Source: Candidatus Pacebacteria bacterium UBA6180 (lineage in GTDB: Bacteria > Patescibacteriota > Microgenomatia > UBA1400 > PJMF01). From it: a stretch of DNA of 64,000 nucleotides. The notes under the pieces were generated by a model. That model was not told where the DNA came from. It did not search any database and was given only the letters and a program-made list of their open reading frames with translations. Of this stretch, positions 8,166 through 17,362 are shown piece after piece. The DNA lies in contig DITQ01000010.1 of the NCBI GenBank assembly GCA_002422165.1, positions 56,595-120,594 of the forward strand, read 5' to 3'. Numbering within the stretch: position 1 is the first letter of the stretch; each line of letters starts with the position of its first letter. The position numbers and the translations under genes were made by a program.

Positions 8166-9509
8166 ATGCAAAAAAACACCAAAACTCAAATTAAAAACCA
8201 AGATCCCATTTTCGACCTAGTCCGGCAAGAAGAGCAGCGCCAACTAGAAATGATTGGCCTGATTCCTTCGGAAAACCAGAGCTCGGAGGCGGTCCGCAGT
8301 GTCTTGTCGTCCTGTCTGTCCAGCAAGTATGCTGAAGGTTATCCCAAGCGCCGCTACTACGAGGGCAATCAAGTCATCGATCAGATCGAAATTCTGGCTC
8401 AAGAGCGAATCAAAAAACTTTTTGATGTAGAGCACGTCAACGTTCAGCCTTATTCTGGTTCGCCCGCTAATTCGGCGGTTGAATTCGCTGTCCTGGAAGC
8501 TGGCGACACCATGATGGGTTTGGCGCTCTCAAGCGGCGGTCACCTAACTCACGGTCATCCCAAGGTGACTTTTTCGGGGCGTTACTTCAACTCGGTTCAG
8601 TATGGTTTGGACAAAAATGCTCGTATCGATTACAAGGCAGTTCGCCAGTTAGCTCTCAAGCACAAGCCTAAATTGATTGTGGCAGGCACGACTGCTTACC
8701 CTTTCGCCTTGGACTTCGCCAAATTTGCGGCCATCGCTGATGAGGTTGGTGCCTATTTGCTGGCTGACATTTCTCACATCACGGGTCTTGTGGCAGCTGG
8801 CGAGCACCAGAGTCCAGTGCCTTACGCTCACGTGGTCATGTCGACCACTCATAAAACTTTCCGTGGGCCGCGTGGAGCGATGATCATGGTCACCAAGCGT
8901 GGTTTGAAGAAAGATCCTGATTTAGCCAATAAGATTGATCAGGCCGTCTTTCCAGCCTTGCAAGGTGGACCGCACAACGAAACGACTGCCGCCATCGCCA
9001 TTGCTGCTGGCGAGGCCCTGCGACCAGAGTTTAAAAAATACGCCAAGCAAATTCGCCGCAACGCCACAGCTTTGGCAGTCGCTTTGCAGAAGGAAGGCCT
9101 AAAACTAGTTGGCGATGGCACTGATAACCATCTCTTGCTGGTTGACTTGACACCTTTTGGCGAAGGTTTTGGCACGCAAGTCGCTTTTGCCATGGATGTG
9201 GCTGGCATCTACGCTAACCGCAACACCATTCCCAATGAGCCTTGCTCACCCTTCTATCCCTCTGGCCTGCGCATCGGCACGCCGCTAGTCACCACCAGAG
9301 GTATGAAAGAGCGAGAGATGACAAAAATTGCTCAATGGATCGCTGGGGTAGTGGACCATATAAAAACCGAACAATTGCCTGCCGACAAAGCACTGCGCCG
9401 CAGCTTTTTGCAGGAATTCAAGAAACGGGTGGTCAAAGATAAGACACTTTTAAAAATTCGTGAGGAAGTAAATGAGATGGCTTTGCAATTTCCGTTATTT
9501 AGTTGGTAA
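8166..9509 (+). CDS. glyA: Serine hydroxymethyltransferase
   Basis: Canonical SHMT motifs are present: LIPSENQSS, KYAEGYPKRRYY, GGHLTHGH and the PLP lysine in TTHKTFRGPRG. Confidence 0.92.
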   Translation: MQKNTKTQIKNQDPIFDLVRQEEQRQLEMIGLIPSENQSSEAVRSVLSSCLSSKYAEGYPKRRYYEGNQVIDQIEILAQERIKKLFDVEHVNVQPYSGSPANSAVEFAVLEAGDTMMGLALSSGGHLTHGHPKVTFSGRYFNSVQYGLDKNARIDYKAVRQLALKHKPKLIVAGTTAYPFALDFAKFAAIADEVGAYLLADISHITGLVAAGEHQSPVPYAHVVMSTTHKTFRGPRGAMIMVTKRGLKKDPDLANKIDQAVFPALQGGPHNETTAAIAIAAGEALRPEFKKYAKQIRRNATALAVALQKEGLKLVGDGTDNHLLLVDLTPFGEGFGTQVAFAMDVAGIYANRNTIPNEPCSPFYPSGLRIGTPLVTTRGMKEREMTKIAQWIAGVVDHIKTEQLPADKALRRSFLQEFKKRVVKDKTLLKIREEVNEMALQFPLFSW

Positions 9510-9525
9510 GGGTAAAATAGACTTC

Positions 9526-10560
9526 ATGACCCTGATTTTTAACGGCGAGCAGCTAGCCAAGCAAAAAGCCCTCAAGCTCAAGCAGAAGGTGCTGTCTTAC
9601 CACGCTAAGGGGATTTATCCCAAGGTGGCCGCCATCTTTTTTCGTGAAGATGCTGCCAGCGCGCTTTATACCACCCTTAAAAAGCAAACCGCCGAAGAGC
9701 TGGGCATTGCCTACCAGGCAAAAGCTTTTTCTTTTACTGACTCCGTGGAAGAAATTCAAGCCTACATTGAAGAACTAAACGCTGACCCAAGCATCACCGG
9801 CATCATCATCCAGAAGCCCTGGACACGAAAATGGCTTGAGGTGGTGCCAGGTGGAGATTTTGCTAAATGGTGGAGCAGTTTGGTCTCGCACATCGCTACC
9901 AGGGAGTCGCACGGTGTCAACAAAGACGTCGACGGTCTGGCGCCAGCCACTTTGGCCGCGATCAAAGCCGGCACTTGGATGCAGCAGAGCATGGTTTTGC
10001 CTGCGACTGCTCGAGCGGTTTTGTCGATTCTCAAAGATTACCGTGCCAAAGTTGATCCTAACTTTTCTTATCTGACCGAAAAAGTGTTGATTATCGGCCA
10101 GTCAGATTTGCTGGGACGACCCTTATATTGGCACATCAAAAACCTAATGCAAAAGGGGGCGAGTGTGCCGGTTGCTTTCGGGGAAGCTTGCCAAATTGCG
10201 GTGGAGGAAGCGCAGACTAGCGATAAAAAGTGCGAAGTCAAATTGGTTGGTAAACAGGGATTAGGAGAGCTCATCGAACAAAAAAAGTCACTAAGAGATT
10301 TTCGCGTCATCATCAGCGCCACCGGTCAGAAAAATTTGCTTCACGGCGATCTCGTCGCTGCTCACAGTATTTTAATCGATGTGGGTGAACCGCAGGGCGA
10401 TATCGACTTTCCTAGTTGTCTCAACAAAGCTGACTTCATCACTCCTGTACCAGGTGGAGTAGGGCCGATGACGGTGATTTCCTTGATGGCCAATGCAGTG
10501 GATTTGCTGAAGAATAGTCTGCTAGAATTAAAAAAGCAAACGGAAGGATCAAATGATTAA
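9526..10560 (+). CDS. folD: Bifunctional methylene-THF dehydrogenase/cyclohydrolase FolD (with an internal insertion)
   Basis: The C-terminal TPVPGGVGPMTV motif matches FolD. The ORF track starts at 9472, but the first ATG matching the FolD N-terminus is at 9526. It is longer than a typical FolD. Confidence 0.7.
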   Translation: MTLIFNGEQLAKQKALKLKQKVLSYHAKGIYPKVAAIFFREDAASALYTTLKKQTAEELGIAYQAKAFSFTDSVEEIQAYIEELNADPSITGIIIQKPWTRKWLEVVPGGDFAKWWSSLVSHIATRESHGVNKDVDGLAPATLAAIKAGTWMQQSMVLPATARAVLSILKDYRAKVDPNFSYLTEKVLIIGQSDLLGRPLYWHIKNLMQKGASVPVAFGEACQIAVEEAQTSDKKCEVKLVGKQGLGELIEQKKSLRDFRVIISATGQKNLLHGDLVAAHSILIDVGEPQGDIDFPSCLNKADFITPVPGGVGPMTVISLMANAVDLLKNSLLELKKQTEGSND

Positions 10561-11089
10561 ACCGAATGAACCTCAAACTGTTTTAAGTGCCATTGCTGAT
10601 TCAAAATTAGAAAAAATTGGTTTCACTGCTGTTCCAGGCATGCATGAAATTGACAATTCCAGATTAGAGCGTATCGCCAGATATTTAGAAGCGGTGGCCG
10701 TAGTAGCTAGTAATCCTACGATTAAAGCTGCAACTCTCAAAGTAATTGATGAACAAATAGATTTAATTCAGCAAAGAGATCTTACAGATCTATATGAAAT
10801 TATGAATTTAATTAGAAGAATAATTGCAAATTTTACTAATGAGCCAGCTTTAAAACTAGCTCTCGAATACGCATCTTCAGACAGATCTCAAGACTTAATC
10901 GCTAGAGAAGGGCAGGGTTTGGGCATATATTTAAAAGACGAGCGATTGTTAGACGCAGCGCTTTCAGCTTTAGAATTAGCCAAAGAAAAATACGCTCAAG
11001 AGCATGGTGGTAGAGCTTACCAGACATCTGAGCAGTTGGAAGCCTTAGCTGAGGCAAAAACACGTTCTGCAAAAGCCAAAATTCAATAA
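10553..11089 (+). CDS. Hypothetical alpha-helical protein
   Basis: The 178-aa product overlaps the folD stop by 8 nt. No motif I recognise is present. Confidence 0.4.
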   Translation: MIKPNEPQTVLSAIADSKLEKIGFTAVPGMHEIDNSRLERIARYLEAVAVVASNPTIKAATLKVIDEQIDLIQQRDLTDLYEIMNLIRRIIANFTNEPALKLALEYASSDRSQDLIAREGQGLGIYLKDERLLDAALSALELAKEKYAQEHGGRAYQTSEQLEALAEAKTRSAKAKIQ

Positions 11090-11092
11090 ATA

Positions 11093-11596
11093 ATGCCTCT
11101 AGATAATACTCAAGAACTTTTTTACCGCGTCGATGATGACGATCAAGTTTTAGGCTCCGTGACTAGGGGAGAGGCGCACCAAAATTCTGACATCAAGCAT
11201 CGCAGTATTTTCATCTTGGTTTTTAATGAGGCGGGAGAGCTGTTGCTGCAAAAACGCAACGAGAATAAAGACACCTTCCCTGGCTTTTGGACTTTGTCCG
11301 CCAGTGGCCACGTCAATTATGGCCAGACTTACGATGAAGCCGCCAAGCGCGAACTTAAGGAAGAATTAGGTTTAGAAATCGACTTAACCACCCAGAAGAA
11401 AATTTATCTTCCAGAAGAACGAGAATTTTGCTTTATTTATAAGGCTTTTTTGCCAAATGAGCGCGCAATTAATTTCGACCGAACGGAAATTAGTGAAGTG
11501 CAGTTTGTGAAAACTCGCAAGCTTGAAGCTTTTGCGCAAGGGCATTCGATGACTCCTTCGTCAAAAAGAGTGTTGCAGGCTATGGATTTATCCTGA
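11093..11596 (+). CDS. NUDIX hydrolase
   Basis: The Nudix box is present as GHVNYGQTYDEAAKRELKEELGL (GX5EX7REUXEEXGU). Confidence 0.8.
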   Translation: MPLDNTQELFYRVDDDDQVLGSVTRGEAHQNSDIKHRSIFILVFNEAGELLLQKRNENKDTFPGFWTLSASGHVNYGQTYDEAAKRELKEELGLEIDLTTQKKIYLPEEREFCFIYKAFLPNERAINFDRTEISEVQFVKTRKLEAFAQGHSMTPSSKRVLQAMDLS

Positions 11597-11722
11597 CTTT
11601 GTGTTACAATTCCCTCTATTACAAACTTGTGTGCTCTAGAGCTTTGGTCCTGATCTAGCCCTAAGCACCGTTTTTTGCTTTTAGCCAAAAAAGCCAAGCA
11701 AAAATAAACAAAGGACAAACAT

Positions 11723-12673
11723 ATGACAGAAGTCAAAAAGACAGCCAAAAAAGCTCCAGTCAAAAAAGTTGCCAAAGCTGCTAAGCCAGAGGCTAAAGCC
11801 GCTCCTAAAAAAGCAGTCGCTAAGAAGGCCTCCGCTCCTAAAAAGGTTGTTGCCAAAGAGCCAGCCGTTAAAGTTAAAGCAGCAGAAGAAGTCAAAGCTT
11901 CAGTTGCCCCAGAAACTACCATTGAAGCCCCTGCAGCAGTCGAAGCAGCCAAAGCCGCTGCTCCAGTCAAACCAGCCACCACTAATACCGCCGAAATTAA
12001 CCTTCAGGAAATGTTGGAACTTGGTTGTCACTTTGGCCACCAGGCCAGCAAGTGGCATCCGAAGATGGCCGAATACATCTATGCTCAAAAAGACGGTATT
12101 CATCTTTTCGATTTGCCCAAGGTCGGTGAGCTTTTAGAAGCAGCCAAAGCTTACGTCTACAACCTCGCCAAAGAGGGCAAAACCCTAGTTTTACTGGGTA
12201 CCAAGAAGCAAGCTCGCGACGTGGTCAAAGAGGCCGCTATGGACGCTTCTTGCTTTTACATCAACGCTCGCTGGATGGGGGGTCTACTGACCAACTGGCC
12301 TCAAGTCAGCAAATCCATCAAGCGCATGGAAGAGATTCGTGAAGGTCTGGCGACTGACAAATATAAGGGTTACACCAAATACGAGCGTGTCCAGCTAGAA
12401 AAAGAACAAATCAAACTCGAACGCTTTTTTGGCGGACTCAGGGGTTTAAAAGGCAAGCCAGACTGTATTTTCATCGTTGATCCTAAGAAGGAACATATCG
12501 TCGTCGCTGAAGCCAACAACGTCAATGTGCCGGTGATTGCCTTGACTGATTCAGACAGTGATCCACGCCCAGTGCAATTTGTCTTGCCCGGGAACGATGA
12601 CGCCGTCAAAAGTATCAAGTACTTCGTCGATCACATCGCCGCCGCTTACAAAGCTGGTCGTGCCGCCAAGTGA
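11723..12673 (+). CDS. rpsB: 30S ribosomal protein S2 with a ~95-aa Lys/Ala/Pro-rich N-terminal extension
   Basis: The S2 core begins LELGCHFGHQASKWHPKMAEYIY. The N-terminal AKKAPVKKVAKAAKPEAKAAPKK repeats are histone-H1-like. Confidence 0.88.
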   Translation: MTEVKKTAKKAPVKKVAKAAKPEAKAAPKKAVAKKASAPKKVVAKEPAVKVKAAEEVKASVAPETTIEAPAAVEAAKAAAPVKPATTNTAEINLQEMLELGCHFGHQASKWHPKMAEYIYAQKDGIHLFDLPKVGELLEAAKAYVYNLAKEGKTLVLLGTKKQARDVVKEAAMDASCFYINARWMGGLLTNWPQVSKSIKRMEEIREGLATDKYKGYTKYERVQLEKEQIKLERFFGGLRGLKGKPDCIFIVDPKKEHIVVAEANNVNVPVIALTDSDSDPRPVQFVLPGNDDAVKSIKYFVDHIAAAYKAGRAAK

Positions 12674-12692
12674 ACTGACAGAAAGTAAACTA

Positions 12693-13151
12693 ATGAACAT
12701 TTCCATGGATCAAATCAAAAAACTCCGCGAACTAACTGGTGCTCGCATCTTGGATTGCCAGAAAGCGCTGCAGGAAGCCGCTGGCGATCTGGACAAGGCC
12801 GTGGCCATTGTTGAAGCTAAAGGTTTAGCGAGAGCAGAGAAGAACCAAGATCGTGAGACCAAGGTTGGTTATATCGCCACCTATACTCACAACACTGGCA
12901 TGGTCGCAGCCATGGTCGAGATGCTTTGTGAGACTGATTTTGTCGCCCAAAACGAAGAATTTCGTCAGATGACTCGCGACATCGCCATGCAGGTAGCCGC
13001 CATGGGCGCTGAGAACGTCGAGGATTTACTGCAGCAAGACAGCATCAAAGACCCCGAGAAAACTGTCGAGCTAGTGATCAAGACTCTCTCTGGTAAAATC
13101 GGCGAGAAAATGATCTTGAGCAGATTCGAGCGTTTCGCCATCGCTGCTTAA
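12693..13151 (+). CDS. tsf: Elongation factor Ts, unusually short (153 aa)
   Basis: The N-terminal UBA-like motif LRELTGARILDCQKAL and the following TDFVAQNEEF match EF-Ts. The ORF track start 12558 overlaps rpsB, whereas the ATG at 12693 follows the rpsB stop. Confidence 0.8.
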   Translation: MNISMDQIKKLRELTGARILDCQKALQEAAGDLDKAVAIVEAKGLARAEKNQDRETKVGYIATYTHNTGMVAAMVEMLCETDFVAQNEEFRQMTRDIAMQVAAMGAENVEDLLQQDSIKDPEKTVELVIKTLSGKIGEKMILSRFERFAIAA

Positions 13152-13170
13152 GTTAAAATGAAATTTAGAG

Positions 13171-13202
13171 AAGCCTGCTTGCTCGCAAGCAGGCTTTTTT
13201 GT
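13171..13202 (+). terminator. Rho-independent terminator after tsf
   Basis: The stem aagcctgcttg / caagcaggctt (11 bp perfect) with loop ctcg is followed by TTTTTT. Confidence 0.8.
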
Positions 13203-13233
13203 AAGATTAAGCCGCGCTATCAAAGCAAAAAAC

Positions 13234-14082
13234 ATGCTCAAAGATTATTCTGCCGTCGCCAAAACTGCCAAAGTCAAAAAAGAGACAATTCTTAAGCAGG
13301 GTTTGACCTGGAAAATTGCTTTGTTTCTGTTATTTTCGGTCGTAGTTATTGTAGTAATTTTGCTAGGGCTGGGTGAATTTCGCAAGCTTTTCTCACTGCG
13401 TGACAACCAGCGCATTCTGTTGGTGCACAACCACCAGCCAGTGGCAGTCTTGTCTTTTCGCGTAGCTGAGAATCAGCTCCTGATTAGCGACTTGCGCACT
13501 ACCGAGTTTGATTTGAAAATGGAGAATTGGGAGAGCGATGAGCTAGTGGCGACTGAGGCATCGAGCAACCTAATTTATAGTTTTATTTTGGGCACAGTTC
13601 TTGATCAAGTTGATGATTATCAATTTGAGGATTTTAGCAAAACCAATCTGTTGAATTTTTTCAAGGCAAAGCGGTCTCACTATTTATTTCTCCAAAATCC
13701 AGACCTCTTAATCAGAGAACAGCGTTTTAGCGGGAGTTTACCTGCTTTGCGCGAGAGTGATTTTGCTTGCCCGATCGCCTTAATTAACACTACGACTGAA
13801 AGCGGCTTGGCTACGACGATGGCCATGGTTTTGCAGCAGAGTTCTTTTTCGATTGTCAAGAAAGACAGCACCAAGGATAATCTTACTCAAAGTAAAATCG
13901 TCTATGATCCGCAAGTGCCAGCATGTAAGTCAGTTTTAGCGAAGCTGCAGAAATTTTTACCAGGTAGTTTTTTGGAGGCTGACGAGACAATCGAAGCAAC
14001 CCATCGCAGTAGCGTGGCGGTTTATATTGGTCAAGATTTGGCGAAACTACACGTCTTTTTTGTTGATCTTTTCCATCGCTAA
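13234..14082 (+). CDS. Membrane-anchored protein with a LytR_C-like C-terminal domain
   Basis: An N-terminal TM helix is present. The C-terminal CPIALINTTTESGLATTMAMVLQQSSFSIV...IVYDP resembles the LytR C-terminal domain. Confidence 0.4.
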   Translation: MLKDYSAVAKTAKVKKETILKQGLTWKIALFLLFSVVVIVVILLGLGEFRKLFSLRDNQRILLVHNHQPVAVLSFRVAENQLLISDLRTTEFDLKMENWESDELVATEASSNLIYSFILGTVLDQVDDYQFEDFSKTNLLNFFKAKRSHYLFLQNPDLLIREQRFSGSLPALRESDFACPIALINTTTESGLATTMAMVLQQSSFSIVKKDSTKDNLTQSKIVYDPQVPACKSVLAKLQKFLPGSFLEADETIEATHRSSVAVYIGQDLAKLHVFFVDLFHR

Positions 14083-14784
14083 CTCGAGTTCGTCTTCGTC
14101 ATTTTCTTCACCTGTGACTTCAAAAGGAATATCCTCTTCTAGGATGAAATCATTGGGGAGAACCAAGTTGCCTTGTGATTTGCTGGGAAATGAAATTAAT
14201 TGTGAATTTTTCTTGGAGCGAAAGGTTTCTTTGATTTGCACTAAACACTGTTTTTCGTTAACCTTATAGACAACACAGCGATATTCGTTGCCATTGCCAA
14301 TCAGTTTGCTCAAGCGAAAAGAAATGTCCTCAGGTAAAGCACCAATGTGTTTGCCATGTTCATCAACGATGCTGATGTAGCGATTTTTTAGTTGCAGTTT
14401 GCAAACTTGGCCAATTTTGACTTTCTTGATTTGTTCTCGACCAGTAAGGCGATGTAAAGCGACAATCTTGCTTTTTCCTGGTTCTTCGATGAAGTCATTG
14501 TTTTTGTCAAAAATAATGTCAGGACTAACTTCATTATTTTTAAGTTTACTCAAGTGTTTATTAGCGATAATGTTGGAACTATCGATCTCCAAAACCTGCC
14601 TAAAAGTTTTTTTGGCCAAGCCAAGTTGTTCGGTTTTAAGCAGCGCCAATCCAAGGCGATTCATCGCTTCCAGATCACGGCTATTTTGTTCTAGGATTTC
14701 TTGGTTGAGGGCAATGGCTTTTTGCCAGTCGGCATTTCTGGCGGCATTAATGGCTTCTTGTCGAAGGAGCATTTGGCTTTGCAT
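14047..14784 (-). CDS. TPR-repeat protein with an uncharacterised C-terminal domain
   Basis: The N-terminal 80 aa show a TPR-like pattern (WQKAIALNQEILEQN..AMNRLGLALL..AKKTFRQVLEID). Its 3' end converges on and overlaps the upstream plus-strand gene by 36 nt. Confidence 0.5.
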   Translation of the reverse strand: MQSQMLLRQEAINAARNADWQKAIALNQEILEQNSRDLEAMNRLGLALLKTEQLGLAKKTFRQVLEIDSSNIIANKHLSKLKNNEVSPDIIFDKNNDFIEEPGKSKIVALHRLTGREQIKKVKIGQVCKLQLKNRYISIVDEHGKHIGALPEDISFRLSKLIGNGNEYRCVVYKVNEKQCLVQIKETFRSKKNSQLISFPSKSQGNLVLPNDFILEEDIPFEVTGEENDEDELELAMEKINKKDV

Positions 14785-14952
14785 GAGTAGAACCTTCCTT
14801 TAAAATTCTCCGAGATGTTACAGGTCTCACTTGTAAAAGTCAATAGTCCTCTCAAATGTCATCAGAAAAGACTAAAACATGCTAAAATCTATACTTAACT
14901 AGCCAATTGTCTTGTTTAGCAGGAAGTCTAATACCCAAAGAGAAAATTTATT

Positions 14953-15513
14953 ATGTCTGGTCACAGTAAATGGAACAACATCAAAAATCGTAAGGGCGCC
15001 CAGGACAAGCTCAAAAGCAAAGTCTTTAGTCAGCTGTCTCGCCTGATTAGGGCGGCTGCTCGTCAAGGCAATTCTGGCGATCCCAAGAGCAACCCGAGCT
15101 TGCGTCTGATTCTCGATAAAGCACGCTTAGCCAACATGCCCAAGGATAAAGTTCAAAAAGCCATCGATGTCGGCTTGGGTAAAAATGACGGTAAACAGAT
15201 TCAAGAGATAGTTTATGAAGCTTTTGGTCCTGGTGGTACAGGAATGATGATCGTCGCTCTCGCTGACAACGTCAACCGCAGCAGCTCAGAAATTCGTTTC
15301 ATTCTAAGCAAATTTGGCGCCTCCCTCGGTTCTCCTGGTTCAGCCAAGTACATGTTTAGTCGCAATGACGAAGGCGAATTTGTTGCTACTATGAAACTTG
15401 AGTTGAGTGGGGAAGATCAGTCAAAAATGCTTGAATTAATGGACAGTTTGCGGGAGAACGAAGATGTGGAGGATGTTTTTGTTGCTTGCGACCTCCTCGA
15501 TTCGTTAGATTAA
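14953..15513 (+). CDS. YebC/PmpR-family transcriptional regulator (short form)
   Basis: The N-terminal MSGHSKWNNIKNRKGAQD is the YebC/TACO1 signature. At 186 aa it is shorter than typical. Confidence 0.7.
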   Translation: MSGHSKWNNIKNRKGAQDKLKSKVFSQLSRLIRAAARQGNSGDPKSNPSLRLILDKARLANMPKDKVQKAIDVGLGKNDGKQIQEIVYEAFGPGGTGMMIVALADNVNRSSSEIRFILSKFGASLGSPGSAKYMFSRNDEGEFVATMKLELSGEDQSKMLELMDSLRENEDVEDVFVACDLLDSLD

Positions 15514-15529
15514 TTAGGATTATTTAAAT

Positions 15530-16297
15530 ATGCGTCGTCGAGAAAAATTTGTCATTGTTTCTGTTTTGCTCAGCGCTGGACTTTTGGCTACCCAATATAT
15601 TCCACTTGATTGGCGCTATTTGAGTATTCTAGTCTTGTTTTTGCTATCATATTTGAGTTCAGTTTGGGCCTTGTCAGACGATTTGCAGGCTCACGAGTGG
15701 TTAACCATTGTTCCTTTTCCGGCTCTGTACGCGAGCGCAGTAGCCTTGTTTTATTTTTTATTACCAGAGATTTTTTGGTCGAGATTGATTGTCATTTTGG
15801 TTTTTGGTGTCGGTATGTATGGCTTGTTTTTGACTTCTAACATTTTTTCAGTTGCCAAAGGTCGCACGATTCAGTTACTTTATGCAGCTCATGCAGTTGG
15901 TTTGTTTTTTACCATGTTGACCTCGCTTTTGTTTAGCAATGTCATTTTTTCGCTGCGCCTGCCTTTTTACTACAATGCTTTGCTTCTTTTTGCCAGTCAT
16001 TTTCCACTGGTTCTGATGTCTCTCTGGTCAATTGAATTGCGCCAGAAAATTAGTCGCGAACTTACCCTTTATTCTCTGGTTTTTAGTTTAATTTTGGCTG
16101 AGTTGGGAATTTTATTTTCTTTCTTGCCTTTGCAAATTTGGAGTCAGGCTCTTTTTGTCATGTCTTTTTTGTATTTAGGTCTTTCTATCCTTCAAAATCT
16201 CTTCAAAGGTAGGTTATTTCGCAATACCATCAATGAATACAATTTAGTTGCTTTCTTAATGTTGTTTTTGTTTATCATTTTGTTTCCTTCTAAATAA
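15530..16297 (+). CDS. Polytopic membrane protein (hypothetical)
   Basis: The product is 255 aa with at least seven hydrophobic helices. Confidence 0.45.
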   Translation: MRRREKFVIVSVLLSAGLLATQYIPLDWRYLSILVLFLLSYLSSVWALSDDLQAHEWLTIVPFPALYASAVALFYFLLPEIFWSRLIVILVFGVGMYGLFLTSNIFSVAKGRTIQLLYAAHAVGLFFTMLTSLLFSNVIFSLRLPFYYNALLLFASHFPLVLMSLWSIELRQKISRELTLYSLVFSLILAELGILFSFLPLQIWSQALFVMSFLYLGLSILQNLFKGRLFRNTINEYNLVAFLMLFLFIILFPSK

Positions 16298-16326
16298 AAA
16301 AGATTGATACATCAATCTTTTTTATT
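16297..16326 (+). terminator. Rho-independent terminator
   Basis: The stem agattga(t) / (a)tcaatct with a 3-nt loop is flanked by an A-run and TTTTTT. Confidence 0.7.
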
Positions 16327-17362
16327 GATTATTCCTCAAGCAGGGTAGAGTGATTGGGGTTTTGCAGGCGTCAGTTAGACCTAATGAGAAGAGTTGGTTG
16401 GAAAATAATCAGATTTTCCGACGCCTTTTCGATTTAAAAAGGCTTAAAAAGCAAAAAGCAGTCGGAAATAAATTTTTTTTAAATAAATTAAACTAGGGAA
16501 GAGGTCTGGAAAATTTTGGCATACCCATGTAAACAGGGTAGAGTGATATAGTTTGATACAGTCGTGAAAATTGTGGAAAACTCAAAAGTTATAGGACTTT
16601 GTAGCCTGGAGTGACCTAGTTTGAGCTATAAAACTTAGATAACTTGCTGCAAAAGTATGCGGTAATAAATTCGTCTTGATTTCCCAGATCAGGGCGAATA
16701 AGTTAATCTCGATATCTGCCAGATGAGCTTGGGCCTCTATTCTGAATAGTTTAAGTGTTCAAAATATCCTGATAAGTCAATAAAAAACCCGAATAGACTT
16801 ATCCAGGGAGGGGTCAAAGGTAGGAGCTTATGTCTGAAGCAAGAAAGTCGCTAAGGGGTGCAGGCGCGGAGAGTGTAAAGCGCTCTTAAAAGAATAAGCA
16901 AGAAATTATTTTCTAACACTTCTGCCCCAGCAGTAGGGGGTCAGTTTTTTTGAAATTAGGCTAGATAGATTATGTCGCACAATATAACTTTTGCGACATA
17001 AACAACTAATTAAGCCGAGAGGGTTCTTTTTATTTGTTTACCTTTTGTTTTCATTTCTTCGCACCAACTCGATGTTTACAGCTGTTTTATGGCTAGTTCT
17101 CCTCTGGGACTGCTCGCCTTCGCTGTCAGATCGTAATTAGTCAGTTTGACTCCTAACTGCCTATCTAGATGATCTGCCCCAGATGTGCCCAGGCTAAGAA
17201 TCTCTGTCTCGTGGAGCAGCCATTAGACAAATAAACTGATATATCAAGGTATTTACCTCTAGTGAGCCGTTTAGCGGCCCAAAATCGGCTTTTTATGGCG
17301 GAGGCTTGCCTTGGTATCGGCTGAAATGAGTGAATCGCTCATGTTACAATCGTTTTTGGCAA

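Noticed and set aside
11437-11982. 181-aa Ala-rich minus-strand ORF and the 122-aa plus-strand ORF at 11769-12137 overlapping rpsB
   Set aside because: Both are frame artefacts of the low-complexity AKP repeat region of the S2 N-terminal extension. Neither has an independent start or RBS signal, and the rpsB frame carries clear S2 motifs.
16298-17362. tmRNA or RNase P RNA in the 1-kb gap
   Set aside because: I could not find the tRNA-like T-arm with a CCA-proximal acceptor, nor the GGAAAGUCCGG P4 motif, on either strand by eye. The closest thing seen was a weak resemblance of the reverse complement of ttaagccgagagggttc to the RNase P 3' P4 strand. It is left as an unassigned candidate ncRNA region, not called.
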